A program made the position numbers and the translations under genes. A stretch of DNA of 64,000 nucleotides from the NCBI GenBank assembly GCA_027923505.1, contig BROI01000012.1, forward strand, positions 620,001 to 684,000, read 5' to 3'. This document shows, one piece after another, positions 9,256-19,770 of this stretch. Position 1 is the stretch's first letter. The number at the start of each line of letters is the position of its first letter. The DNA is from Mayamaea pseudoterrestris. Lineage: Eukaryota. The notes below the pieces were generated by a model. The model was not told where the DNA came from. It worked only from the letters and a program-made list of their open reading frames with translations, and made no database searches.

Positions 9256-11577
9256 ATGAGGTGTCTTTTACTCGTCGCCTTTGGTGTTTCTCTCGCAAGC
9301 GCTGACAAACAGCAATCACTTCGGGCTCGTAGCCTGGAGCGCAAGCTCACATACGACGACTGCTGTACCTGCAAGTATGTTCCGCTCGGTGCTGCAGCTG
9401 GTGCACGACGACAACTTATGACGGGCTCTAGCAGCGGCGGATACGAGTTAGTCTGCACGTGCGATCCAGCATGCGAAGCTGGAAGTGGGTCAGGCTCTGG
9501 ATCGGGATCAGGCTCAAGTGTATCAGACGGATCAAAACATGCGAAGGGGTCAAAAATTAAGGGCGGAAGCAGTGGTTCAAGCAGTTCAAAAGCTTCAAAA
9601 GGATCCAAAGGCGGTAGCAAGAGCAAGAAAGGCAGCAAGGGAGGTAGCAAGAGCTCCAAGGGCAGCAAGGGAGGAAAAGGCGGATCCAAGAGCTCCAAGG
9701 GCAGCAAGGGAGGAAAAGGTGGATCCAAGAGCGTCAAGGGGAGCGATAGCGGGTCATCGTCCCATTCGAACGGCTCCGGGAGCTCTAGTGGCCACTTTTC
9801 GGGCTCCGGTTCGGACTCCAGTTCCGGTCCTGGTAGTAAGGGCGCTAAGGGATCGAAAATCAAGGGCGGGTCAGGTTCAGGGACAAGCTCGGGTTCAGGC
9901 TCAGGGTCAGGATCAGGCTCAGGTTCAAGCTCAGGCTCAGGTTCAAGCTCAGGTTCGAAAGCTACGAAAGGCTCAAAGCACACGAGTAATTCAAGTTCTG
10001 CATCCGGCTCGGCCTCGGGCTCACGGTCAGGCTCAAGCTCGAGTAGTGGGTCGAAAGCAACGAAGGGCTCAAAACACACGAGTAATTCAGGTTCTGCATC
10101 AGGCTCAAGCTCAGGGTCAAGTGGGTCGAAAGCTACGAAGGGCTCAAAGCACGCAAGCAATTCAAATTCTATCTCGGGTTCGGGTTCGGGCTCGGGCTCG
10201 AGTTCCAGCAGCAAAGGTGTGAAAGGCTCGAAAGCCACCAGTGGGTCAAGTTCGGGCTCGGGCTCGGGCTCAGACTCAGGCTCAGGCTCAAGCTCAAATG
10301 GGTCAAAAGCTACAAAGGGCTCAAAACACACAAGCGATTCAGGCTCAAGTTCGGGCTCTAGTTCCGGTTCCAGCAGCAAAAGTGTGAAGGGCTCGAAAGC
10401 CACCAGTGGGTCAGGATCGGGCTCAGGATCGGTGTCAGACTCAGGATCAGGATCAGGCGGATCGAAAGCGGTAAAGGGCTCGAAACATACAAGTGATTCA
10501 GGATCTGTATCAGGATCAGGGTCGGGCTCAAGTTCAGGATCTCGCAGCTCCAAGGTGAAGAGTTCTGGCAGCAGTAAAGGCTCGGGATCCGGTAGCTCCG
10601 AGGTGAAGGGTTCCAGTGGCAGCAAAGGATCGTCCAGCAAGCACAAGCAATCTGGATCGGGTAGCTCGAAAGGCAAGGGTTCTGGTAGCAGCAAGGGAAT
10701 GAATGGTAGCACAAGCTCTTCCGGGCATGCAAGCGGATCCAATGTTGAAGGAAGCAAGGCTGTGAAAGGGAGCCACAGCGGTCCATGCTGCGACGAATAT
10801 GAATTTGTGTGTACGCGGGGATCATTCAGTGGAGACGCAAACTGTGATTATGTATGCATCAAACCATGCTCAAGTTCATCGTCCAGCGGGTCGACAAGCC
10901 ACAGTGTAAGTGGGAAGGTGTCAAAGAGCAGCAGTTCACACAAGAGCTCACACAAGAGCGGATCGAAAGGTGGCTCGTCAAAGGGATCCAAATCAACGTC
11001 GAAAAAGTCCAGCAAAGGCGGATCGTCCAAGGGGTCCAAGACAACATCAAAGAAGAGCTCCGGTAGCAAACATGGTGGATCCAAGGGCTCCAAAACTTCG
11101 TCCAAGGCATCGCACAAAGGCAGCGGATCTAGCACCAGTAAAGCGGCCAAGTCTTCAAAATCCAAAGGTGGCAGCAAAGGTTCCAAAGCTGCGTCGCACA
11201 AGTCCAGCGGCTCGGGCGGGGGCAGCGGCTCAAACCAGAGCGGCTCGTCATCAAGTTCGTCAAGCAAGGGACACAGTGGTTCAACCAAGGAAACGACTGC
11301 TCCTGTGTCGTCTTCGAAAGGGCAATCGAGTAAATCAAGCGGCTCCACCGTGTTTGGAAGTGGATCAACGAAAGGTTCGGTAGCTCCGCCTTCTAAAAGC
11401 TCCAAAACAGGAGGTACTCCGGTTGTTGGATCGGGTGCATCAGTCGAAGACGAATGTTGCGAGTGGAGGGAAGTCTGCGACGAGGCACCAGAGAACCAAG
11501 CTGGCAGTGGAAGCAACGGTGTTTTCCGTGCACTTGGTGCGAGCTGCGAAAAGATTTGTATCTCGTATGACTGCTAA
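9256..11577 (+). CDS. Secreted Ser/Gly/Lys-rich protein with KxxK motifs, RXL sites and three Cys modules (silaffin/cingulin-type biosilica candidate)
   Basis: Signal peptide [19 protein letters not shown] sites RSL, RKL, RQL and RAL. Many SKGSK/SKATK motifs. 773 aa intronless ORF. Confidence 0.8.
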   Translation: MRCLLLVAFGVSLASADKQQSLRARSLERKLTYDDCCTCKYVPLGAAAGARRQLMTGSSSGGYELVCTCDPACEAGSGSGSGSGSGSSVSDGSKHAKGSKIKGGSSGSSSSKASKGSKGGSKSKKGSKGGSKSSKGSKGGKGGSKSSKGSKGGKGGSKSVKGSDSGSSSHSNGSGSSSGHFSGSGSDSSSGPGSKGAKGSKIKGGSGSGTSSGSGSGSGSGSGSSSGSGSSSGSKATKGSKHTSNSSSASGSASGSRSGSSSSSGSKATKGSKHTSNSGSASGSSSGSSGSKATKGSKHASNSNSISGSGSGSGSSSSSKGVKGSKATSGSSSGSGSGSDSGSGSSSNGSKATKGSKHTSDSGSSSGSSSGSSSKSVKGSKATSGSGSGSGSVSDSGSGSGGSKAVKGSKHTSDSGSVSGSGSGSSSGSRSSKVKSSGSSKGSGSGSSEVKGSSGSKGSSSKHKQSGSGSSKGKGSGSSKGMNGSTSSSGHASGSNVEGSKAVKGSHSGPCCDEYEFVCTRGSFSGDANCDYVCIKPCSSSSSSGSTSHSVSGKVSKSSSSHKSSHKSGSKGGSSKGSKSTSKKSSKGGSSKGSKTTSKKSSGSKHGGSKGSKTSSKASHKGSGSSTSKAAKSSKSKGGSKGSKAASHKSSGSGGGSGSNQSGSSSSSSSKGHSGSTKETTAPVSSSKGQSSKSSGSTVFGSGSTKGSVAPPSKSSKTGGTPVVGSGASVEDECCEWREVCDEAPENQAGSGSNGVFRALGASCEKICISYDC

Positions 11578-11948
11578 TTTCAGGCATTGAACGCCTGGAG
11601 ACGATGCTGTTAGATTTTGCGTGCATGTCGATTTGCGCCATGCAGATAAGAAATTAAAGCACATTTATACATTATTGGAGACGCATTCATATAGCTGTAC
11701 GCTCTTGTGTGATAGTAGATAGCCGAGTTGTGGCAGGAAAGTTGCCTTGGAAATTTGGATATCCATGTCCAAGCCGATTCGGCGACTGATGAGGTGCGTG
11801 AAACGGTGCGACATGAGCGATGGCGCGGTGATCCTTTCTTGTGACAACCAACCATGCGGCGATGACCAACTCTTTCGTCGCGATTAGACCTCCAATGAGT
11901 AAACTAATTGAAACCTAGCAAGCACTTGCATCTCTTATACTAATAAGA

Positions 11949-13505
11949 TTGGTTAAACGGGCTACCGGTAGATTTTACCGTGTTTACTGCTTGCTTGTCG
12001 GCGTCAGAATGAGAGTCGCTTCTTTGCTGCCGACGACGACGACGAGGTCTATGCTCGTTGGCATGCGCGACATGTCGACAGCGAAGCTGCGGACACTTCG
12101 GTCTCTATCAAGCTACCCTTCTCGTCTCTACTCGACGTCAAGTCCATTGTCTGAAAGTCACAAGCAAAGGAATGCTCTCGTTTCCTCGCGAGGTGCGTCG
12201 GTCGTCGGTCGTTTACCAACATACTTGGCGGACGCTCGAGCGGTTGAATCATACTCCAAGGAAACTCCTAATGGAGCTCTCCAGCTTGGTGTTGCGGAAT
12301 CACTGTTACTAGAAGACTGGCTCCTGCCCATGCTGAACGTCCAGCCGCAACTGGAAATTCCAGCCGACTGCATTTACTATCAGCAAACCATGGGACGACT
12401 GGCCACGCGAGAGGCATTTGCAGATTACATGAAGGAAGTCCTCAATCTATCCTACACTCCTGATCCTGACAATATTGTACTGGGTTCTGGATGCAACGCT
12501 GTTTTAGAGAATTTGTGCATGGTATTGGCCGACGTTGGCGATGCTATATTGATACCCACTCCTTACTATGCGGCATTTGAGTTTGACGTTGGCGCTAGAG
12601 CTGGTTTGATAGTTGAGCCAGTCATTACGGGAGGAGCAGAGCGTGTGAAAGAAATGAAGAATAGGTTTGCTCGCGTCGACAAACTTGATGCTACCATGTA
12701 CTATCCAACCACTCAATCACTGGAAGCGGCATATCAACAATGTTTACAAGCTGACCGGGCGCCTCGCATACTCCTCTTGAGCCATCCGCACAATCCGCTC
12801 GGTATTTGCTATCCAGCCGCTGTTGTGAATGAGTGTATTGACTGGGCCGTTTCAAAGGAAATTCATGTCATTTCTGACGAAATTTACGCCGGAAGCATTT
12901 ACAAACCCGACGACGCGCAGTTTGTTTCGGCGCTGGAACTTTGCAATGACGGATCTGGCAATGTTGGACCCTTTGTTCACTGGGTCTACTCCTTGAGTAA
13001 AGATTTTTGCTCGTCGGGTCTGCGAGTCGGCGTGTCGTACACGTGCAACGACAAAATTCGTCTCCCGTTGCAAAAGCTCAATGATCTTTGTCAACTACCA
13101 TCCACGACGCAAGTATGGACGCAACATATGTTGACGGCTCGAGCCAAGGGCGAATCGTGGACGACTGCCTTTCGAAGAGAGAACCATGAGCGACTAAAAG
13201 CACGATGCGATGCGTTGACGCAAGTGTTGCGAAAGATTGGTGTACCCTACCTGCCGGCGACGGCCGGCTTGTTTCTGTGGATTGATTTTAGCCGCTTTCT
13301 TCCGCATGAAGGCACCGCTGCAGAGCGAGAGCGAGCTCTGTACATGGAGATGGTCAAGGAGCATGGATTGTTGTTTACGCCAGGCTGGTCGATGAGAAAT
13401 GACAAACCAGGTTTCTTTCGATGCGTCTTTACGGCCGCTACTGACGAAGAATTTGCGATGGCTCTACAAAGACTTCGCAAATTTGCGGAAAGCAAGAAGC
13501 AATAG
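11949..13505 (+). CDS. PLP-dependent class I/II aminotransferase, ACC-synthase-like (true start probably ATG 12009 or later)
   Basis: LGVAES, PTPYY, HPHNPLG, SDEIY, SLSKDF..GLRVG (PLP lysine), GLFLWIDF, PGFFRC. Confidence 0.85.
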   Translation: MVKRATGRFYRVYCLLVGVRMRVASLLPTTTTRSMLVGMRDMSTAKLRTLRSLSSYPSRLYSTSSPLSESHKQRNALVSSRGASVVGRLPTYLADARAVESYSKETPNGALQLGVAESLLLEDWLLPMLNVQPQLEIPADCIYYQQTMGRLATREAFADYMKEVLNLSYTPDPDNIVLGSGCNAVLENLCMVLADVGDAILIPTPYYAAFEFDVGARAGLIVEPVITGGAERVKEMKNRFARVDKLDATMYYPTTQSLEAAYQQCLQADRAPRILLLSHPHNPLGICYPAAVVNECIDWAVSKEIHVISDEIYAGSIYKPDDAQFVSALELCNDGSGNVGPFVHWVYSLSKDFCSSGLRVGVSYTCNDKIRLPLQKLNDLCQLPSTTQVWTQHMLTARAKGESWTTAFRRENHERLKARCDALTQVLRKIGVPYLPATAGLFLWIDFSRFLPHEGTAAERERALYMEMVKEHGLLFTPGWSMRNDKPGFFRCVFTAATDEEFAMALQRLRKFAESKKQ

Positions 13506-13610
13506 AGTCTTTAAGATGAAGGCTTTGTCTTGATACAATTTTGTGTGACATAATGGGATGTAAAGTCGCTAACAACCGTTTTCTACGCACTCGAAAAAAC
13601 GTGTTCATGA

Positions 13611-14302
13611 TTATAAAGTCGCAGGAGCAAACTGGCGTCTTGATGCTGCTCTGTCTAGCGGAAGAGTGACGTTCGGCAATCCTTTCGTTGATGAACTGTC
13701 GTCGGCCAAGCGTACGTTCGTCGCCAAAACCTTCTTGTAGAGCAGATAGCAGTGCGGGTGATCAATGCGCTTGTAATAGTTCTTGATGAGATCACCCTTT
13801 GCAAAATTGAAGCGGTCTGTATAGAATCGAATCGCGTCAATATTAGATACTTGCACATGCAGGGCAACTTCCTCGATCGCTGGTTGCTTGGTGCATCCAT
13901 CCAGTATATTCTGCAGCAACTGACTGCCAATTTCTCGACCTCGAAAGGCTGCTACTACAGCGAGTGTCATGATGTATAGTCGTCGTGGCTCGCTTGGGTC
14001 TAATCGAGCGCAAATTGCACCAACCAATGTTCCCTTGTAATAAGCGCATCGATTTAAGATGTTTCCGTTCTTTCCCTTCAGTATATTCCGGTATAATGAT
14101 TCATTGTACGCGACAGGCAGCGATGCATCGTTCATCTTCCGAACCTGGAAATAAGAATGAAAAATAAAGACTCTTTCAGATGAGGTAGATGCAAAGTGCA
14201 AAGTGCATCTGGATGAAAGTGCAGCGAACATCAACAACAACTGCATACCTGAGCAACATTTTCGGCGGTGATGGGGCCAAACTCAACTTTAAGAGGCTTC
14301 AT
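13611..14302 (-). CDS. NAA50: N-alpha-acetyltransferase 50 (NatE); exons 14302-14249 and 14144-13611
   Basis: Spliced model MKPLKVEFGPITAENVAQ|VRKMN..LPVAY across a GT-AG intron at 14248-14145. YIMTLAV..FRGREIGS, LHVQVSN, KNYYKRID. Confidence 0.9.
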
Positions 14303-14414
14303 GGCATCCTATTTGTCTGTCATGGGCATGGGATCAACTCGTGTTGTCAGTGCAACGAAAAAATGGAAGCGCATTGGCTCATGGTCATTGTCGAAGAAAC
14401 ACAAAATCACTCAT

Positions 14415-14619
14415 TGACTTTTCACTGGCACTCGTTCCGTACTATTGCCTTTGTGACGCAGTTTTCACTGGCACGCGTTTCATGTTATAGCCTTATGACG
14501 TAGCTTTCACTGGCACCCGTTTTGTATTATTGCCTTGTGACGTAATTGACACTGGCACTTGTTTCGTTCTATTGCCTCATGACGTAATTGACACTGGCAC
14601 TTGTTTCATACTATTGCCT
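14415..14619. repeat. 42-bp minisatellite, ~5 units
   Basis: Unit tgacgtaattgacactggcacttgtttcrtwctattgcctya. Same family as 31961 and 50685. Confidence 0.9.
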
Positions 14620-17012
14620 AGCCACAAAAGCGCTGGCTCCCACCGTCACATTGATGACAACCATCAAAGTACAAGTACTTGTCCTTCTCCTTTACAGCAA
14701 CCGGCTCTTTCGCAATGATTGACATCGTCCCAGTCTTTTGTACAAAGGAATGATTGTGCAGGTCCTCAAAAGCAGTGGAGACTGCCGGTAGTACCTTTCA
14801 ACGGGGTTTGATGCGGCAACTGCCAAGGAAACAGGAACGCGGGTGTTTCCTACTACCATTTCTTCTAGTGTTACATCAAAGCCGACCGTTTCTGCCACTA
14901 GAAGCAGAAGCAACAATGGCGCTAATTTTGAAGTGGTCTGTTTGTGCTGCAGCTGTCAGACAGGACCGAAGGATCTTGTTGATGGTTAGATACGCACACG
15001 CACGCTCCAGCTGCAAGCTGCAATCCCCCAATCCTATGGATTATAGCGCTGAAATATGATGCGCTACTCGAAAACAGTTATTAATCAGTCGCATTTTTGG
15101 TCCTCTGCTGCGCTGCTGCTCGGCATATAGGCGAGTTGCTCAGGATTGGTGGGATTGATTGCTCGTGATTGTTGCGGCGCTTGCCTTTGATCCTTTCATA
15201 AAGCTGACAATGACTGTCACCCTACGATAGCAAATCGAAACTGCAGCTCCAGCAGCCGTCGCAGCAACTGGAGTTCCAAATCAATCAGCGGCTCAATGGA
15301 GTAGCATAAACGCTGCGTCGACGTTTAGAGCTATCGCAAGTCTTCATTCCGTCATGTCAAGCATCATTGCTGGTTCGGTTTTGGTAAGAGTTAGCTGACT
15401 GCTATGGACTTAAATGAGTAAAAAGATCAAGTTATTATAGACTGACTTACGTTCCGCGTATGCAGGAGTGTTAACATACTGTGAAAAAACCAGAAGTGGT
15501 CGCACCGAGCTTGACAACGCCACACTCAAACGGCTCCATGCTGCCTTAAAAAAACCTTGCTGGCTGATACGCGTTCCACTGGTTTTAGGCAGTGCTACCA
15601 CCACAGATTCCACGACATGTGTTTGGTCGGACCGGGCTGCTGGAACACTCACGCCATTTGCGAGCGTTGCTGCCAAGCTGGATCAACAGTCTTCGCTCAG
15701 GTCCAATGAAATTAATGCAGAGCGAAAATCGAGCACAGGATCCATTTAAACAAGTTGAATTGGCCTAGTGTTGCTAGTGGGATCTTGCAGCGAGCTTCAT
15801 TTTTCCAGCTGCTCTCTAATCTGTTCCGGCACGCTTTGAGTGATGTGCTTATGTTGCCTTCGAGTAGTCGGGTGAAGAAGCATGGGATAAATAGACACTC
15901 TTCCGATGAAGCCTCGTCGATAGCATCGTTAGCATCTTCCTCGTCAATGGCAGCTACTTTAGAGCAAATCCATCCTCTTCGTCCACATCCATCTAATTGA
16001 TCTCATTGAGGTGCGACGGCTTCTTGCTCGTCAATGTGCCCCGTTCACCGATAACAAGGCATCAGAACTTGCAACCCGCTTGGTAGCTCTATCAGCAATT
16101 TCCTCTTCTTCCAATTCAACAAAAGTCCCTCATACACTCGAGAATCGCGTGACGTTTGTGCGTCGGTTGGAAGTAGAGGCACAACATTCGGAAATGGAGC
16201 ATCCCATTCTCAAGGTTTTGTTTATGAATCAATCTTATTACTGCTGGATCTCTTCAATAAAGATGTTTGACTTACCTCACCGCCTCTAGCGCTGCCCAAA
16301 GGCGCGGATGGCGATGAAGGAATCAAATATTGTTGCGTTTGATTGCATACTATTTGCAGCATCGAATAGTTCCGCGGCCCAAAGCAACAAGCAGCTAGTC
16401 GCTTCCAAAACTTGTCTTGTCTTGTTGTTGCTCTTCTATATATATAAACGCTAGCAGCAGTCGTCGTTGTTGTTGGGTTCAAATTGCCAGGCAAGGGTAC
16501 GCTCATGTTCATGACGGCAGCTGTTGTGCATTGTTCTGCCGCTGCAGATCCGTCCGACACATTGCCCTGCGCACTTGACCTACTAGCCGCTATTGATGCT
16601 CCCATGCGCTCAAGATAGGCCAAATGAACGCCGTTCAATGCATATAATGTCTTGATTCTCGATTGACCTTGATGCTATCAAATCGAACGTGCATGATACC
16701 GGCGCGAGCGACAGCCCCGGCGAGCAAACAAGTGGGAGTGAACGCCATCACGAGCAGATGGTTGCATAGTCAACGTGTTGTTAATGTAAAGATAAGATGT
16801 CGAGGGTAAAGATCCATTTTGCTGGTGAACATGAATGTTGCGATGAAAATGGCACTGAGAGAACCAGTGTGACACTGTCACGCGAGTCGTGCGAATCGCA
16901 AGTTCGACGAATTTTCACCATGAACGATTCAATCAGTCTTGCAATGCGATGGCCGGCGACGCGTCCCTTCTAATGAGAGACCTTCTTAGTAGAGGTCGCG
17001 GAACTAACGTAG

Positions 17013-19412
17013 TTGCTGCTTGAAGCGATTGACAATGAATGCATGAAAGCTTTACTAAAGGCCGCCAAGCATAGCATGCCGAGCAGGCAGAATCGGCATG
17101 CTGAATTACAAGAAGCACCTGCACAGCACCAGCAGGAACAAGAGTTACATGGAAGAAAGGTTAAACATCAGCAATCTAAAAGAAAGGACGATAGTTCCGA
17201 ATCTTTGTCGTTGACTCGCGATGGAACGACTTTAACCTTGTCACTCCAGCAACACAACGATCGCGACGTATCGGGGACACCAACACCGTTCGATGAAGAC
17301 GACGACGAGCATGACAACAATGATGATACAGCATCGTCGCCAACCACCATGGTAGAATCATTGGTCTTCTCGACGTTCAACTCAGAACATAAAAGTCGAC
17401 TGCCTCATCCAGATGCCGCCCTCATTAGATTGGCCGAGTCGCGACATGCATCACCACTTCGTGCTGTATCATCCGTTTCGAGCACGGGCAGCTCATCGTT
17501 TCAAATGCTGGATGTAGATGGAAGTATAGCGAGACGTCGAAGGAGGCGATCGGGGGCCTTGATGAACTTGGCAACCATTGAGCGACTGCACTCGTCGGCT
17601 GATCCGTATACCATAAAGCGTGAGGAGAACATTGTTCGGCAGCAACACCCAGCGGAGCAGCAACGACATCAAGATACACACATTCATAACTTGAATTTAC
17701 CTAATCCGCACCAGCAACCATTATCTGAAACTCAGCACGGCAACGTCGACCAAAGCGTACCGTACTACCAACCTGGACCCACCATGCGGACGCTGCAGCA
17801 ACCACGGACGCTGACTCAATTCTTTCGTGAGCGTGAGCAACACGTCGATAACACCAGTGATGAGCTTGTCAATATGAAAATGTTTGTGGAGACGCTACGT
17901 CAAGCGGAAACATCGGAAGACAAACATGGCGTTGGTGGGAGAAGGACCACTTGTCTGCCATCTACGCAAACACAACCATTAACGCATCAGCAGCCCAGAG
18001 ATCATCTATTATTACCAACATACGCAACTTTGGAGCAGCAGAAAGCCGGCAATCAGCGACATCATCAACAGACGACACAGCTACGCTCAATTTACTTGTA
18101 CGAGGAAAAGAAGGAAGCGGATCTTGGGGATGGCAACATAGCGCGGCCTACTCCCCGCAAGGATTCCGTTGTTGGGCGCTCTCGCCAATGCTACAATGAT
18201 CAGCAGCAAGATCAATGTATGCATAAATTATCACCGGAGGATCACCGGTCAGGACACGCACATGAGTTGGAAAGTGATTTTGAACAGTTACATAAAATTT
18301 CGCAGCAATATAGAAGGTTTGACCCGCAAAAACCTCGGCCAGCACTGCCCTCACAGTGCCTAATAGCGAATCAGCGGGAACATAACGATTGCACACCTTT
18401 GCAACAATATCAACAGCAAGGGCAGCGACTATCGACTGATGATCAAGCAGCTGAGTCACGGCGATTTGACGGCCTGCAAATGTCGGAGACTCGTGTCGCT
18501 TACCAGCAAGATCAGCACGACCGAACAAGCTCGCTACAGGCACTACAAAATGTGGAATCACAATTCTCTGGCATTCGGCCGTCGGAGCAGCTAATGCGCG
18601 AGTCAGAGAATCGTGCTTACAAAACGTCGCAACAGCACGAACAGCTGGAGCAATTTGTAAACCATCCCTCGCCCGCCACATCGCTTTCAAATCAATCCAA
18701 ACGATTGGCACTAGTTCATGCGCCGATCAACCGTTCCACTTCGCTTACTTCAAATCAATCAAGAATAACTGATACAATTGATGAGATATCGCCTGCTGAC
18801 CGATCCCCAAGGTGGTCATCTTTTTCCTCGTCGCTGGTGTCGCCGAACATGCGTAGTAAAGCTGTCGAGGAAGGGCCCATGCGAGCAAAACTTCACCGCC
18901 ATACAATTGCTAGCACAACCGAACCAAGTGGCATTCCAGTCCAATGGTCGCGAAACATTTCTGACGACGAACTGCGGGAAGATAGCAAGCTCAATGTAGA
19001 TCCGCGTACGATTTCGAGAGCTGACGAAATTGGCAAGACCGCAGAGCCGGAAAATGCTGGGGCAAACGAGCGACGTGCCAAGCCAAGTGAGCGACACCGT
19101 AGGAAGAGTCAGTCCATTCTGCGCGCCCACGATTACGAACACGTAAGCTATGACCTGACTGGATGCAAAAATGGATTACCAAAAGTACTTTGGAAGCTCT
19201 TTCGAGATTGTGCTGACATCGAAGACAATTTAAGCGAGGCATCGGAGGAGTTCTTTGTTGAGCAAACTTCTTTTATTGAAGCACAATTCGAAAGCGGAGA
19301 CAATATCGGAACCAGGCCGGGCCATGTGCCTTTTGGACATGGCCCGCAGATTCTTGCTAAAAATTCGACCCACTTGGCTGGAGTCAATTCTCAAACAACC
19401 GCCAAGTCGTGA
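17013..19412 (+). CDS. Hypothetical Gln/Ser-rich low-complexity protein (~790 aa; likely ATG at 17043)
   Basis: 2.4 kb uninterrupted ORF. No domain recognised. Confidence 0.65.
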   Translation: MLLEAIDNECMKALLKAAKHSMPSRQNRHAELQEAPAQHQQEQELHGRKVKHQQSKRKDDSSESLSLTRDGTTLTLSLQQHNDRDVSGTPTPFDEDDDEHDNNDDTASSPTTMVESLVFSTFNSEHKSRLPHPDAALIRLAESRHASPLRAVSSVSSTGSSSFQMLDVDGSIARRRRRRSGALMNLATIERLHSSADPYTIKREENIVRQQHPAEQQRHQDTHIHNLNLPNPHQQPLSETQHGNVDQSVPYYQPGPTMRTLQQPRTLTQFFREREQHVDNTSDELVNMKMFVETLRQAETSEDKHGVGGRRTTCLPSTQTQPLTHQQPRDHLLLPTYATLEQQKAGNQRHHQQTTQLRSIYLYEEKKEADLGDGNIARPTPRKDSVVGRSRQCYNDQQQDQCMHKLSPEDHRSGHAHELESDFEQLHKISQQYRRFDPQKPRPALPSQCLIANQREHNDCTPLQQYQQQGQRLSTDDQAAESRRFDGLQMSETRVAYQQDQHDRTSSLQALQNVESQFSGIRPSEQLMRESENRAYKTSQQHEQLEQFVNHPSPATSLSNQSKRLALVHAPINRSTSLTSNQSRITDTIDEISPADRSPRWSSFSSSLVSPNMRSKAVEEGPMRAKLHRHTIASTTEPSGIPVQWSRNISDDELREDSKLNVDPRTISRADEIGKTAEPENAGANERRAKPSERHRRKSQSILRAHDYEHVSYDLTGCKNGLPKVLWKLFRDCADIEDNLSEASEEFFVEQTSFIEAQFESGDNIGTRPGHVPFGHGPQILAKNSTHLAGVNSQTTAKS

Positions 19413-19770
19413 TGCGCACAAGCGTACTCGCGCGTATGACGACGACAATCAGATAGACACAATGGCGGAAGGGAATGAGCTCTATGCATAACAAACAGCA
19501 GTGCAGCTTTGCAGCTTTGCGCGGTCTGTGCCAATAGGGAGAAGCTCCATTGAATGTTGACGTCGTATAGGCAACAATTGCCTTCATCCTGGGGTAAGAT
19601 AGTCATGCAAAAAATGAGGATGTACAGGATGATAATCAAGCTGAAAGCAATGAGCGACATGGCAAACGAGTTTTGTCAAAACGTCAAGGGCAATGTGTAC
19701 AACGTAGCCTACCGGTAGTAGTTGCTTATGAAAATAGGTTGTTTATCTTCCCGTACTTGATCAGACAGCT

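Noticed and set aside
9243..11516. Long antisense Pro/Glu/Leu-rich ORFs (504 aa and 222 aa)
   Set aside because: Shadow frames of the Ser/Gly/Lys codons. The plus-strand ORF has the signal peptide and the family motifs.
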